Source of the DNA: Octopus sinensis
Taxonomy: Eukaryota
Assembly: GCF_006345805.1 (NCBI RefSeq)
Contig: NW_021824137.1
Coordinates: forward strand, 1 to 21,323
Direction of reading: 5' to 3'
DNA: 21,323 nucleotides
In this document: positions 7,881 through 20,270 of the stretch, in pieces
Position numbering within the stretch: position 1 is the first letter of the stretch
How the letters are laid out: each line of letters begins with the position of its first letter
Notes under the pieces: model-generated
Databases searched by the model: none
What the model saw: only the letters and a program-made list of their open reading frames with translations
What the model was told of the DNA's origin: nothing
Made by a program: the position numbers and the translations under genes

Positions 7881-9405
7881 CTGAAGCCCAGGCTATCACA
7901 ATATCTTGTCCTACATCTTGATGGCAAATTGGGAGTCCTTGGTACTACGCAGTGGCGTCTGGTTCTGGCATTTGTGTGACTCTCGATGCCAAAGTCTGGG
8001 ACAAGACCCTCCAGGATCTTCCAGATATATATTATGGCATATCTTTCTCGCCTACGCTCCAGGGAATAGAGCTTTAATCTCTTGAGTCTCTCCCAGTAGC
8101 TCATATGCTGCACAGAGGCTATCTTCTTCGTGTAGCTTCGTTGGATCGCCTCAAGTTCTGTGATCAACTTGACACTGGATGGTGACCATAGCTGAGAGCA
8201 ATAGTCAAAGTGGCTTAGGACAAGTGTCTTCCAGAGGACCATCATGGTTTCTTGTTCTCTTGTTCTAAAGGTTCTAAGAATCCATCCAGCCAGCCGTCTA
8301 CATTTCATTGTCAGTTTAGCAACATGTACATGAAAGGTCGCGTCATCACTCATGTGAATACCCAGGTCACGCACTGATTGTGCCTCTGGGATTGCAATCC
8401 CTCCGGGTCCAGTGTATTCATTGGGTATTGCATTCAGTTTTGCATGCTGATAGTATAAAGCTTGAAACTTTTCAGCATTGAACTGCATGCTATTCTTTTC
8501 AGCCCACTTGTATATTTCGTCCAGCTCACATTGCAGGTGCTTAGTGTCTTCAGGGTTCTGTATTGCCTGTGAAACTTTTGTATCATCTGCATAACTTTTG
8601 ATCGTGGCTCTCTGCGTGGCTGAGGGCATGTCTGAGAGGGCCATTATGAACAGTAGTGGTCCCAAAACAGTGCCCTGCGGAACACCGCTCACTATTTGCG
8701 TGCTAATGGAAGCTGCTACCACCTGACTTCTATTCTTCAGAAAGTCATGAAGCCATTCTCCTAGTTTTCCAACTATGCCAAGATCACGCAGTTTGTGACA
8801 TATCATTCCATGATCGACTTTGTCGAAAGCCTTTGCGAAGTCGAGATATATGACTTCCACATTTGAGTGGTTGAGCAGTTGTTTCAGCACCCAGTCATAG
8901 TGCTGCAGGAGCTGAGTTAAGCAGCTTCTTCCTGGTCGGAAACCATGTTGGGTGTCAGGCAGCAAGTCATTTTCTTCAAGGAAGGTGATTAGTTTCCTTC
9001 TGACTATTCGTTCCATGACCTTGCTGATGTGTGAGGTCAGAGAGATAGGTCTGTAGTTCTTGGCCTCCGCTCTGCTACCTCCTTTATGAATAGGGCATAT
9101 TTTACCTTCCTTCAGTTTTCTTGGAAGTTTGCCAGCTGCAAGGAAGCTCTGAAAGAGGAACTGCAGTGGTCTTGCTAGGACTCTCTTACATACTTTTAGG
9201 AGGATTGCCGGGAATCCATCGGGGCCAATAGCTGAGTCTGTTTTCATTTCATCTATAGCCTTTATTACATCGTCTTCCTTTATATCGATGTAATTTATCG
9301 TCGCCGCCTCTGATTCTATATTTGCAGTGGTAAAGAAGTCAGTTGGATTGCTGATTTGGAAATGCCCAAGGGGTGGAGTGAAAACACTCTTGAATTGTTC
9401 ATTCA

Positions 9406-9406
<1 letters not shown>
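7880..9406 (-). mobile_element. CR1-group non-LTR retrotransposon, truncated at both ends, with an open RT domain (~510 aa)
   Basis: [73 protein letters not shown]. No APE domain. The ORF's first 19 aa come from (TA)n and its stop codon comes from the SINE fragment. Confidence 0.93.
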
Positions 9407-9497
<91 letters not shown>

Positions 9498-9540
9498 GTA
9501 TGTATGTATACATGTATACATGTATGTATATATGTATGTA

Positions 9541-9579
<39 letters not shown>

Positions 9580-9628
9580 TATACAGAGCGGCAGAGAGAG
9601 AGAAAAATAGATAGTGAAAGATAGATAA

Positions 9629-9685
<57 letters not shown>

Positions 9686-9725
9686 GAGTGAGGTGGACAG
9701 AAGCGCACACGCGCGCGCGCATACA
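9407..9725. repeat. (TA)n, (TATG)n and (GATA)n microsatellites
   Basis: Direct reading. Confidence 0.97.
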
Positions 9726-10683
9726 CATTTATTTCTTGTGTTTCTCGTTTGTTGTCTTCATTTCTTTCTCTTTGCTTTGCGGCTGTTGTTTATTTTGTTT
9801 CTTTTCCCCACCTTTTTCTAATTCTTGTCGATACTAATCTCATTGTGGACGTATTGTTGTTCTTATTGTCATCATTATCGTTACTACTATTACTATTGTT
9901 GTTGTTGTTGTTGTTGCTTCTGAGGCTGATGTTGATGTCGGCTGTTTGTATGTTTGTCGACTGCTGTTTGTTGAAATGTTCTTGTGTGTCGTTTGATACT
10001 GTCACTGTATATATAACAAATCCTTCACAGCTATACTGCAGTCAACTTTCTATTTTTCGTTTTAGAAATTTTATTCTACATTTTTAAACAAACTTCTTTA
10101 CTTTTTCTTCTTCATTTCCTTAAGTTTTTTTTCTTTTACTTGTTATATTTATACAAATTTTCTTTTGGTGTTTGTTTACTAGCATAATATTGTTGTTATT
10201 GCTAATTTGGGAGGAAAAAAAACTGCCTCTGTTATTATTTACCATTTTATTTGTCTTGTCTGTTTTTGACAGTTTTTTGTTATTTAACTATTTAGCGTAT
10301 AGTATTGCCTTCCTTTTTTCTTCCATGTGTGTGTGTGTGTGTGTGTGTGAGTTCTTTAACGCCCTCCTTCTCTATCTCTTTTTGTTGTGTTGAATTACGA
10401 GTGACGCCATATTAAACGTCATCTCTTTTCTCTTTTCTAATTCACGATCAAAATCCATATGAGCACAGGTCTTAGGAATAGGATGGGATAGAATGAAAAT
10501 GGGGGAGGAGTATGGATATGGGTGAGTGGGGATATTTGATGAGGAGGAAAAAAATATTGGAAAAGAGTTGACGAAATTACCACTCTTTCTGTTTTTCCTC
10601 TCTTCTCTCGTAGACTCCCTTTCAAATCTTCAGTTTTTTTTAGCACTCTGCCTCTCACGTTTTCTTTCCTCGCTCTTACACTT

Positions 10684-10706
10684 TCACTTTGTCATCATCG
10701 TCATCG

Positions 10707-10779
<73 letters not shown>

Positions 10780-10952
10780 CATCCTCGTCGTCATCATCAT
10801 CATCCTCGTCGTCATCATCATCATCCTCGTCGTCATCATCATCATCGTCGCCAAGATGTGGCCGCTACGAGAGTCAAATATAAAGGTCGTCCCTATTCTA
10901 CCAGCTCACTGCCTTAATAATAATAATGATAATAATAATAATAATAATAATG

Positions 10953-11021
<69 letters not shown>

Positions 11022-11050
11022 TAATAATAATAATAATAATAATAATAGTA
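10684..11050. repeat. (ATC)n and (TAA)n trinucleotide microsatellites
   Basis: Direct reading; source of the poly-I/S/N ORFs. Confidence 0.97.
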
Positions 11051-11053
11051 ATG

Positions 11054-11267
11054 CTTTCTACTATTGGCACAAGGCCTGATATTTTGGGAGAGGATAATAG
11101 TCGGTTACATCGACTCCAGTGTTTCACTGGTACTTAATTTATCGATCCCGCAAGGATGATAGGCAAAGTCGACCTCGGCGGAATTTGAACTCAGTACGTT
11201 GGGCAGCCGAAATACGGTGAAGCATTTCGTCCTGAGAGTGCTAAAGATTCTGCCAGTTCGCCGCCTT
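11054..11267 (-). mobile_element. tRNA-derived SINE with the same head and centre as 5991-6220 but a different tail
   Basis: GTCGACCTCGGCGGAATTTGAACTCAG core and CCAGTTCGCCGCC head; tail CTTTCTACTATTGGCACAAGGCCTGA. Confidence 0.85.
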
Positions 11268-11298
11268 GCTGCTGCTGCTGTTACTGCTGCTGCTGTTG

Positions 11299-11341
<43 letters not shown>

Positions 11342-11393
11342 ACCACTACTACTACTACTACTACTGCTGCTGATGCTGCTGCTGCTGCTGCTG

Positions 11394-11429
<36 letters not shown>

Positions 11430-11469
11430 ATAATAATAATAATGACAATGATAATACAGCAAATATCAC

Positions 11470-11871
11470 AGATTTGCTTGTCAGTTGTTTGACCTTAACC
11501 AGTTGATCATGTCCCTTAGTGGCTGACAATATGTGCATCTTTGATCACGTGCAGAAATAATGGGGGAGCATCAGAGCCATGTGTCGAAAGGAATTCTTTG
11601 GGTTTTGAATAATTCACCTCTGGAAACATAGGTATTTCATTCATAATTCTTAAACGGGCCTTAATCAGGGACCTTTTGAGCAGAATGGGCTATTCAACCC
11701 GAAGAAACTGGACCCCACCTTCAAGGTCATGTGCTGTTTATCTTGATATGAGATCACCATGTCGCACACATATGGTTGTGATGCATGTGCATGGTGTATC
11801 CTTATCAGACGGGTAGTGATGGTGGGTACGCTGGGCTTCATATTTGATGGCAGGCGCTGCTCTCTGACTCA

Positions 11872-11872
<1 letters not shown>
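11470..11872 (+). repeat. Probable unclassified interspersed repeat ending in a (TAA)n tail
   Basis: Complex sequence between microsatellites ending ...CTCTCTGACTCAG(TAA)n. Recognised only from memory as an octopus repeat; no second copy in the window. Confidence 0.35.
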
Positions 11873-11926
<54 letters not shown>

Positions 11927-11940
11927 TAATAATAATAATG

Positions 11941-12037
<97 letters not shown>
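11873..12037. repeat. (TAA)n microsatellite, 5' flank of the Dong-like element
   Basis: Direct reading. Confidence 0.98.
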
Positions 12038-12038
<1 letters not shown>

Positions 12039-12039
<1 letters not shown>

Positions 12040-14151
12040 GTGCCGCCGAGGCTCTTACGGATGCAAAGATCAACTGCTAATCAATCGTATGATCCTTGAG
12101 AACTGTCACAACAAGCGCAGAAATCTCAGCACCGCATGGATTGACTATAAAAAGGCCTTCGACAGTATACCGCATCCATGGATCTTGAGATCGCTGGACA
12201 TCTTCAAAATTTCCCCTGTGATTTCAAACTTCCTGATGCACAATATGTCGTTGTGGAATACGAATCTCCAATTATACCACTCTAATGGAGTACTTGCCTC
12301 AGAAAATATAAACATCAACTGTGGAATTTTTCAAGGTGACTCACTTTCACCTTTAATATTCTGCATAGCCCTAATACCCCTTACAAGTGAATTAAACAGA
12401 ACAGGGTATGGGTATAAAATTGCCAATAAAAAGATAAGCCATCTATTTTATATGGATGACTTAAAACTTTATGGTAAAGACAATAATGAACTTGAAGGCC
12501 TATTGCGCACCGTCAAAGCATTCAGCGATGACATCGGGATGGAGTTTGGACTTGAGAAGTGTGCCAAGGCCACTTTCCAGAAAGGGAAAGTGAAGACCAC
12601 AAATTCAGTCATAAGAGAGCTTGAGCAAGAACAAACATACAAACATTTAGGGATAAATGAAGGCTCTGGTATTCAGCATGCAAGCATGAAAGAGAAGATC
12701 AGGAAGGAATGTTATAGGAGAGTTCGTGCAGTCCTGAAATCTGAACTAAATGCACGTAACAAGGTGTTAGCTATAAATTCCTTAGCAGTTCCAGTTACTT
12801 ATAGCTACAATGTGTTGAACTGGAATATGAGTGAAGTAAAGAATATAGATAGGAAAATACGCAAGCTGCTGAGTTGTAATAGGATGCACCACCCAAAGGC
12901 AGACGTAGATCGCCTTTACCTTCCCAGAGCCCAAGGAGGTCGAGGCCTGATCCAATTTGAACTAGCTTACAAAACAACCACAATTGGACTGGCCAAATAT
13001 CTCGAAATATCGAATGACTGGATGCTAAAGCTCGTGGAAAATCACGAGAGACGAAAGAAGCTTCATTCTATCATAAAGGAAAGCAAAAAATTTGCTATTG
13101 ATCTCGTGCTGGATACCCAAACTGAACAACCCGAGGGAAGTACGGCAACTATTGTTGCAAAGAAGGTGAAAATGATGGCAATGAAAAAAGCGCACGAGCA
13201 ATTGGCTGATAGGTGGGAGGAGAAACCTCTGCACGGCAAATGTGTGAGCCGCAGCAAACAAGCTGATGTTGACCAGAAGCAAACCCATCAATGGCTACGG
13301 AGCTCAGGGCTAAAAGCAGAGAGCGAAGGTTTCATCCTGGCTGCTCAAGATCAAAGCCTATTAACCCGGAACTACCAGGCCAATGTGATGAAAAATGTAG
13401 CAGACCCAAAATGCCGATTCTGCAACGACATGATTGAAACAGTGGACCACCTAATCTCTGGATGTAAAGTCTTAGCACCAGTGGAGTATAAATTAAGACA
13501 TGACAGAGTTGGCCAATATCTACACTGGCTAATAAGTCGGCATTACAATATCAAAACTGCCGACAAGTGGTATAATCACCACCCTGAGGCTGTAACTGAA
13601 GGAGAAAATGTAACCATTCTGTGGGACTTTCCAGTACATACAGACCGAACCATCAAGGCCAATAAACCAGATATTGTTGTGAAAGACCAAAACAATAAAG
13701 TTTGCTTATTGATCGACATGAGCATCCCCTGTGATCATAATATCTCAGCGAAAGAGTTTGACAAGCTCAGAAAATATAAAGACCTACTCATTGAAATTGA
13801 GAAAATGTGGCATCTCAAGGCGGTTACAATACCAGTGATCGTAGGAGCACTAGTAATGATCAAGAAGGGAACCGAAAATTATATGAGAATGATCCCTGGC
13901 TTACCATCCCTGCAAGAAGTGCAAAAGATTGTCTTAACTGGTATATTACACGTATTGAGAAGAGCATTGTCGATGTGAGAACTGTTGCTACTCGTGTATT
14001 TTAATTTAACTTAAAAAAAAAAAAAAAAAATGAACGAACTATTGAGTTTAGTTTAATGGCCTACCAATGTATACTATGAGTTTCTTTGCCCTAGGGGTCG
14101 GGAAGACACTCGGCAAGAAATGGAAGCAAATTTGAAAGAAGAAAAAAAAAA
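12039..14151 (+). mobile_element. R4/Dong-clade non-LTR retrotransposon, 5'-truncated, flanked by (TAA)n
   Basis: Begins mid-RT (CRRGSYGCKDQLLINRM), ORF ends at 13978, ~170-bp 3' UTR, (TAA)n resumes at 14153. Confidence 0.9.
12089..13978 (+). CDS. Truncated RT plus CCHC zinc knuckle plus restriction-like endonuclease (629 aa open)
   Basis: WIDYKKAFDS, GIFQGDSLSP, HLFYMDDLKL, GGRGL, CRFC...ETVDHLISGC, RHD, KPDIVV...LIDMSIP...KLRKY (PD-(D/E)xK RLE). Confidence 0.88.
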   Translation: MILENCHNKRRNLSTAWIDYKKAFDSIPHPWILRSLDIFKISPVISNFLMHNMSLWNTNLQLYHSNGVLASENININCGIFQGDSLSPLIFCIALIPLTSELNRTGYGYKIANKKISHLFYMDDLKLYGKDNNELEGLLRTVKAFSDDIGMEFGLEKCAKATFQKGKVKTTNSVIRELEQEQTYKHLGINEGSGIQHASMKEKIRKECYRRVRAVLKSELNARNKVLAINSLAVPVTYSYNVLNWNMSEVKNIDRKIRKLLSCNRMHHPKADVDRLYLPRAQGGRGLIQFELAYKTTTIGLAKYLEISNDWMLKLVENHERRKKLHSIIKESKKFAIDLVLDTQTEQPEGSTATIVAKKVKMMAMKKAHEQLADRWEEKPLHGKCVSRSKQADVDQKQTHQWLRSSGLKAESEGFILAAQDQSLLTRNYQANVMKNVADPKCRFCNDMIETVDHLISGCKVLAPVEYKLRHDRVGQYLHWLISRHYNIKTADKWYNHHPEAVTEGENVTILWDFPVHTDRTIKANKPDIVVKDQNNKVCLLIDMSIPCDHNISAKEFDKLRKYKDLLIEIEKMWHLKAVTIPVIVGALVMIKKGTENYMRMIPGLPSLQEVQKIVLTGILHVLRRALSM

Positions 14152-14169
14152 GTAATAATAATAATAATA

Positions 14170-14204
<35 letters not shown>

Positions 14205-14281
14205 TAATAATAATAATAATAATGATAAGAAGAAGAAGAAGAAGAAGTAGAAGAAGAATGATAACAACAACAACAACAATA

Positions 14282-16070
14282 AATCGATGGCAAGAAAAGC
14301 CTCTTCATAACAAATACTGGGTTAAATTAAACAGAAAAGAAATAGACAAAGCAAAATCTCAACAAAACTCAAAGCAGAGACTGAAGGATTTTTAATTGCA
14401 GCACAAAATCAAAGCCTTCCCACCAGAAGTTACCAAAAACCTGTAATATAAAAGCAATATAAGTAACTACAGAATATGTGGGGATGGAGAAGAAACAATA
14501 AATGATATTGTTTCTGACTACCAAATCCAGGCTAAGAAGGAATATATTCACAAACACGACAGAGTTGGGACCTGTATACTCTGGACGCTATGCCAACACT
14601 ATGGAATAACAACAGAAAAAGTTGGTACGAGGGGCGTCCAATAAGTAATGCTCCTGACCCACTTCCCATAGCAGTAGAGCAACGAAACTTGGCATAGCTA
14701 TTAGTCTTTTTCTACATAGGAACTACCCAGAGTTATGCATTTCTCCCATCGTTTGATGCAGCTCTGGAGACCGTTTTTGTAGAAGACCCCAGCTTGGTCC
14801 TCCAACCACGACGTGACTTCAGAAATCAAGGCTGCATCATCTGGGAAACGCTTTCCTTTCAAAAACAACTTCATGGCTGGGAAGAGGTGAAAATCAGAGG
14901 GTGCAAGGAGAGTAGGGGGGATGGGGGAGAAGTTCATAGACGCACGCCTGTGCTTCTAATCTGGCGACACGCAAGTTGTGGACCGGAGCATTGTCCTGCA
15001 GGAGGGTACCATTGCTGATCTTGCCCCGCCTCTTGATTTTGATAGCTTATCTTAATTTCCTCAAAAGTGAAGCATAATAGGATCCTGTAATTGTGGTACC
15101 CTTTGCCAGAAAATCTGTCATCACTACTCCGTCCTGGTCCCAGAAGACTGTGAGCATAACCTTGCCAGCGGAGGGCTGCACCCTTGCCTTCTTTGGAGGA
15201 GGTGAGTCACGGTGCTTCCACTGCATTGACTGGGCTTTGGTCTCTGGATCATAGTGATGGACCCAGGTTTAATCCTGTGTAATCAGTCTTTTGAAAAAAT
15301 TTGACTCATCTTCTTGGCACATCTTCAAATTCATCCTCAAGCACTCGATACGTTCTTGCTTCTGGAAAGGTGTGAGCAACCTGGGAATCCATCTGGCAGA
15401 CACCTTTTGCATATGCAAATGGTCATGAATGATAGTTTCCACAGACCCGGTACTAATGGGCTATTTGGCGAATAGTTATGCGTCGATCTTCCAAAATGGC
15501 AGCCTCAACTTGACGGACAGATGCCTCATCAATGGGGGGGGGGGATCAGATCTGGCAGCTGTTTCCACAGAGTTTCGACCATGTTTCAATACACGATGCC
15601 AGCGTTTAACAATGTCATAGGATGGGGCATCATCACCATAAGTTACTTTCATTTCATCAAAAGTCTCCCGTGGTGTGCGTCCTTTCAAATACAAAAACTG
15701 GATCACTGCTCGACACTCAACAGGCTACATTTCACACTTGGCTCAGTTCAAACACCTGTAAATCAGAAACCACAATTATTTCAGAGCTGTAATTTGCCAC
15801 TTAAACTATAGAGATATAAATAATTGCACATGCAAAATTTCAGCTAGATCAAACAACTGCAAGTGGGTCAGGGGCATTACTTATTGAACGTCCCTCGTAT
15901 CGGCACACGCCAGAAAAGGTAGAAAATAGCACAAGTAGGCACCACACACATCCTATGTAAGGTCATCACAAGAGCATCACAACGAAACCACAGCACATAC
16001 CCAAGGGACACTGCTGCAATCGGTAACGCAGTGAAAGCACGCTATAAAAATAAAACTACTGAATAATAAT
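14282..16070 (+). pseudogene. Second, decayed R4/Dong-like copy split by a mariner, with an internal deletion
   Basis: NRWQEKPLH, KLKAETEGFLIAAQNQSL and HDRVG parallel the 12089 ORF. W-Y|RHTPEKV resumes at 15900 after the mariner. KIAQVGTTHILCK (from about 15923) parallels KIVLTGILHVLRR and is followed by a 3' UTR and a TAA/TGA tail. Confidence 0.75.
14628..15897 (-). mobile_element. Full-length (1270 bp) decayed mariner, irritans/Hsmar2-like, with 37-bp TIRs and TA TSD
   Basis: TA|CGAGGGGCGTCCAATAAGTAATGCTCCTGACCCACTT ... AAGTGGGTCAGGGGCATTACTTATTGAACGTCCCTCG|TA (3 mismatches). Transposase pieces MIQFLYLKG...APSYDIVKRW, RWIPRLLT, ITQD*TWVHHYDPETK, LQDNAPVH and LAPSDFHLFP. Confidence 0.95.
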
Positions 16071-16136
16071 GACAATGATAATAATAATGATGATGATGAT
16101 GATGATGATAATGATGATGATGATGATGATGATGGT

Positions 16137-16192
<56 letters not shown>

Positions 16193-16548
16193 GTTGATAA
16201 TGACTGATGATTGATGATTGATGACTGATGATTGATGATTGATGATTAACGACTGGTGACTGATGATTGACGATTGATGATTGATGATTGAAGATTGAAG
16301 ATTGAAGATCATCATCATCATCATCATCATCATCAACCATCATCATCATCATCATCATTATCATCATCATCATCATCATCATCATTATTATAATCATTGT
16401 CATTATTCAGTAGTTTTATTTTTATAGCGTGCTTTCACTGCGTTACCGAGTGCAGCAGTGTGCCTTGGGTATGTGCTGTGGTTTCGTTGTGATGCTCTTG
16501 TGATGACCTTACATAGGATGTGTGTGGTGCCTACTTGTGCTATCTTCT
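15921..16548. repeat. Inverted duplication of the Dong-like 3' end and its tail (arms ~230 bp)
   Basis: 15921-~16150 is the reverse complement of ~16308-16548, with about 3 mismatches in the complex part. Confidence 0.9.
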
Positions 16549-16642
16549 GTATGTTATATATGCGTATTGATGATTGACCATGACGTTGACGACGACGACG
16601 ACGACGACGATGACGATGACGATGACGATGACGATAATGATC

Positions 16643-16838
16643 CTTTCTACAATAGGTACAAGGCCTGAAACTTTGTGGGTGGCGGGTCGATTACATTGAC
16701 CCCAGTGCTCGACTGGTAATTTATTTTATCGACCCCGAAAGAATGAAAGTTGCAGTCGACATCGGTGGAATTTGAACTTAGAACGGACGAAATACTGCAT
16801 TTTGTCGAACGTGTTATCGATTCCGCCATCTCGCCACC
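16643..16838 (-). mobile_element. Diverged tRNA-derived SINE (tail type of 11054-11267)
   Basis: CTTTCTACAATAGGTACAAGGCCTGA tail, ATCGACCCCGAAAGAATGAAAG centre, GGAATTTGAACTTAG B box. Confidence 0.8.
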
Positions 16839-17036
16839 CGAAGAAGAAAGAAGAGGAGAGTAGAAGAGGAAGAAGAAAAATTGCTAAAAATACCAGAAAA
16901 CAACGAATAAAAAAATAATATAAAAAGATATACACACATATGCATTCGCATACTTACACAAATACACACACAAACATCCATCCATACATACATACATACA
17001 TACACAACTTGGGGAAGGGGATTAAGTCGATTATAT

Positions 17037-17216
17037 TCTCCTCTTCCTCCTCCTCCTCCCTTCCTCCTCTTCCCCTCCTCCTCTTCCCCTCCTCCTCCCC
17101 CCTCCTCCTCCACCTATTCTTCTTCTTCTTCCCCTCTTCTTTTTCTTCTTCTTCTTCTTCTTTTCTTCTTCTTCTTCTTCTCTTCTCCTTCTCCTTCTCC
17201 TCCTCCTTCTTCTTCT

Positions 17217-17247
<31 letters not shown>

Positions 17248-17466
17248 TTTCTTCCTCTTCTTCTTCTTCTTCTTCCACCTCCTCTTCTTTTTATTCTTCT
17301 CCTTCCACCTCCTCTTCTTTTTCTTCTTTTTTCTTCTTCTTTTTCTTCTTCTTCTTCTTCTTCTTCTTCTTCTTCTACTTCCTCCTCCTCCTCCTCTCCC
17401 CTCTCCTTTCAACTCCCCTCCCCTTCCCTCCTCTCCCACTCCACTCTCCTCCTTTCCTCCCCCCTC
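17037..17466. repeat. Polypyrimidine (CTT/CCT)n tract
   Basis: About 430 bp almost free of purines on the plus strand. Confidence 0.95.
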
Positions 17467-17780
17467 TTAATTTATCGACCCAGAAAGAATGAAAGGCAAA
17501 TCGACCTCGGCAGTATTCGAAATGAGAACGTAGCGGCAACCGAAATGCCTATTTCTTTACTGCCCACAAGGGGCTAAACACTGAGAGGACAAACAAGGAC
17601 AGACAAAAGGATTAAGTCGATTACATCGATTCCAGTGCGTAACTGGTACTTATTTAATCGACCCCGAAAGGATGAAAGGCAAAGTCGACCTCGGCGGAAT
17701 TTGAACTCAGAACGTAGCCTCAGACGAAATACCGCTAAGCATTTTGTCCGGCGTGCTAACGTTTCTGCCAACTTGCCGCC
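17467..17780 (-). mobile_element. tRNA-derived SINE: full copy (17549-17780) plus a partial head-less tandem unit
   Basis: Same family and same tail-to-body junction (CGAAATGCCTATTTC) as 2737-3315. Confidence 0.88.
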
Positions 17781-18269
17781 TTATACGCACATAACCATAA
17801 TGCTAATACACACACACATACATTCCTATGCACGCAATACACACACTCACACACACACGCACACACACACACATGTAGATACACATACATATACACACTC
17901 ATACACGCTTGGACACGTGCACGCAAACGCATAATTATAACACAAATACGTACACACAATATTCACACACACACACACACACACACCACACACACGAGTG
18001 TACATACACATATAGACACACGGTTGTCCACATACACATATACATACACACACCTGCATACACATACACATGTGCACACACATACAGATAAGAGAACGCA
18101 CATTTAGAAAAATTATATTCAGAAATGCATCAGAAAGGGTGGTGTTGGCAACGTGGGGGTGGCACCGTATGTAGTGTTTGGTGGGGGACAGGGCTGAAGA
18201 AGTGACCCCCGCATCTCCATTAAAATTTGTCTTTTGATTTGTAATTAACACCCCCACACCACCGCCACC

Positions 18270-18578
18270 ACCGCCACCATCACCACCACCACCACCACCA
18301 CCACCACCGCACGCAGCTGGCAGCGTTGATAGACTCCAACAAGATCAACAAATACATCAACACACACACACACACACACGCTAACAATAACAGCAGCAGC
18401 AGCAGCAGCAACAACAACAACAACAATGGCCAAGACGTCAATAGCAACAACATAACAACCGAAAAAAACATTAGCAACATCGACCGTTTATGATTATGAT
18501 GTGACAACAACAAAATCACAATGGTGCTGATATCACACAAGCTGCGTGACTGACATAAGGACGACACAGCTTTCACTT

Positions 18579-18621
<43 letters not shown>

Positions 18622-18688
18622 CCATCACCATCATCATCATCATCATCATCACCATCACCATCATCATCATCATCATCATCATCTTCAC

Positions 18689-18720
<32 letters not shown>

Positions 18721-18809
18721 CCATCACCATCATCATCATCATCATCATCATCATCACCATCACCATCACCACCATCATCATCATCATCATCACCCTCATC
18801 AACATCATC

Positions 18810-18860
<51 letters not shown>

Positions 18861-19990
18861 GTTGTTGTTGTTGTTGTTATTATTATTATTATTATCATTA
18901 TTATTATTACTACTACTTCTATAAGGTATTATTATAAAAATATACAATAAATATTTAAAAAGCGTCTCCTGAAGAACAATGAAAGAACAAATAAAGAAAA
19001 GAAAACATCATTGTTATTCTTATTACTATCTCTGCAAATTTTTTTCAGAAAACTACAACTTTACCTCCTCCCCCTCCCCCTATTCTTTTTCTTCTTCTTG
19101 TTCTTCTTCCACCTTTTCTCTCCCCTCCTCCTCCTCCCCTCTTCTTTTTCTCATTCTTGTTCTTTTTCCACCTCTTCTCTCCCCTCCACCTTCCCTCCAT
19201 CCATCCCCCACCTCCTCCGCCCCTCTTCATCACCTCCCCCCTCATCTCCTCCCCCCTCTTCCTTTTCCTTTTAGAAAATTTCTTCCATCGAATTCCCTTA
19301 AAAAGATACCAACTTTCTCTTTAATGATAATCAGAGTAACGAATAACAATGGCAGCGACAAATTGTTGTAATGAAGTGAAATGAGATCAATACAATATCG
19401 CCGCCGCCGCCGTCATCGTCGTCATCATCATCATCATCAGTATCGTCATCATGGTCATCATCGTCGTCATCATCGACATCAACGTCATCATCATCGTCAT
19501 CTTTGTCATCAGTCTCTCAATCACCATCATAATCCTCTTCCTCCTCTTCCTCCCCCGCCTCATCATCAACATTATCGTCATCATCATCACCCCCTTCACT
19601 GCCGCCGACACCACCACTACGAACTCCAGCACGAACGTCACCACCACCACCATCACCATCACCACCACCACCACCACCACTACCACCACCACCACCACCA
19701 CCACCACCACCACCACCACCGCACGCAGCTGGCAGCGTTGATAGACTCCAACAAGATCAACAAATACATCAACACACACACACACACACACGCTAACAAT
19801 AACAGCAGCAGCAGCAGCAGCAACAACAACAACAACAATGGCCAAGACGTCAATAGCAACAACATAACAACCGAAAAAAACATTAGCAACATCGACCGTT
19901 TATGATTATGATGTGACAACAACAAAATCACAATGGTGCTGATATCACACAAGCTGCGTGACTGACATAAGGACGACACAGCTTTCACTT

Positions 19991-20033
<43 letters not shown>

Positions 20034-20099
20034 CATCACCATCATCATCATCATCATCATCACCATCACCATCATCATCATCATCATCATCATCTTCAC

Positions 20100-20131
<32 letters not shown>

Positions 20132-20228
20132 CCCTCATCAACATCATCATCATTATCATCATCATCATCACCATCACCACCACCACCATCACCATCACCA
20201 CCACCACCATCACCATCACATCATCATC

Positions 20229-20270
<42 letters not shown>

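Noticed and set aside
15929-16540. Foldback transposon or MITE with TA TSD
   Set aside because: The arms are the Dong 3' end plus its tail, and symmetry extends beyond the TA.
18968-18990. CTGAAGA ACAAT GAAA (also at about 20378)
   Set aside because: No stem III or stem I partner downstream; lies in low-complexity sequence.
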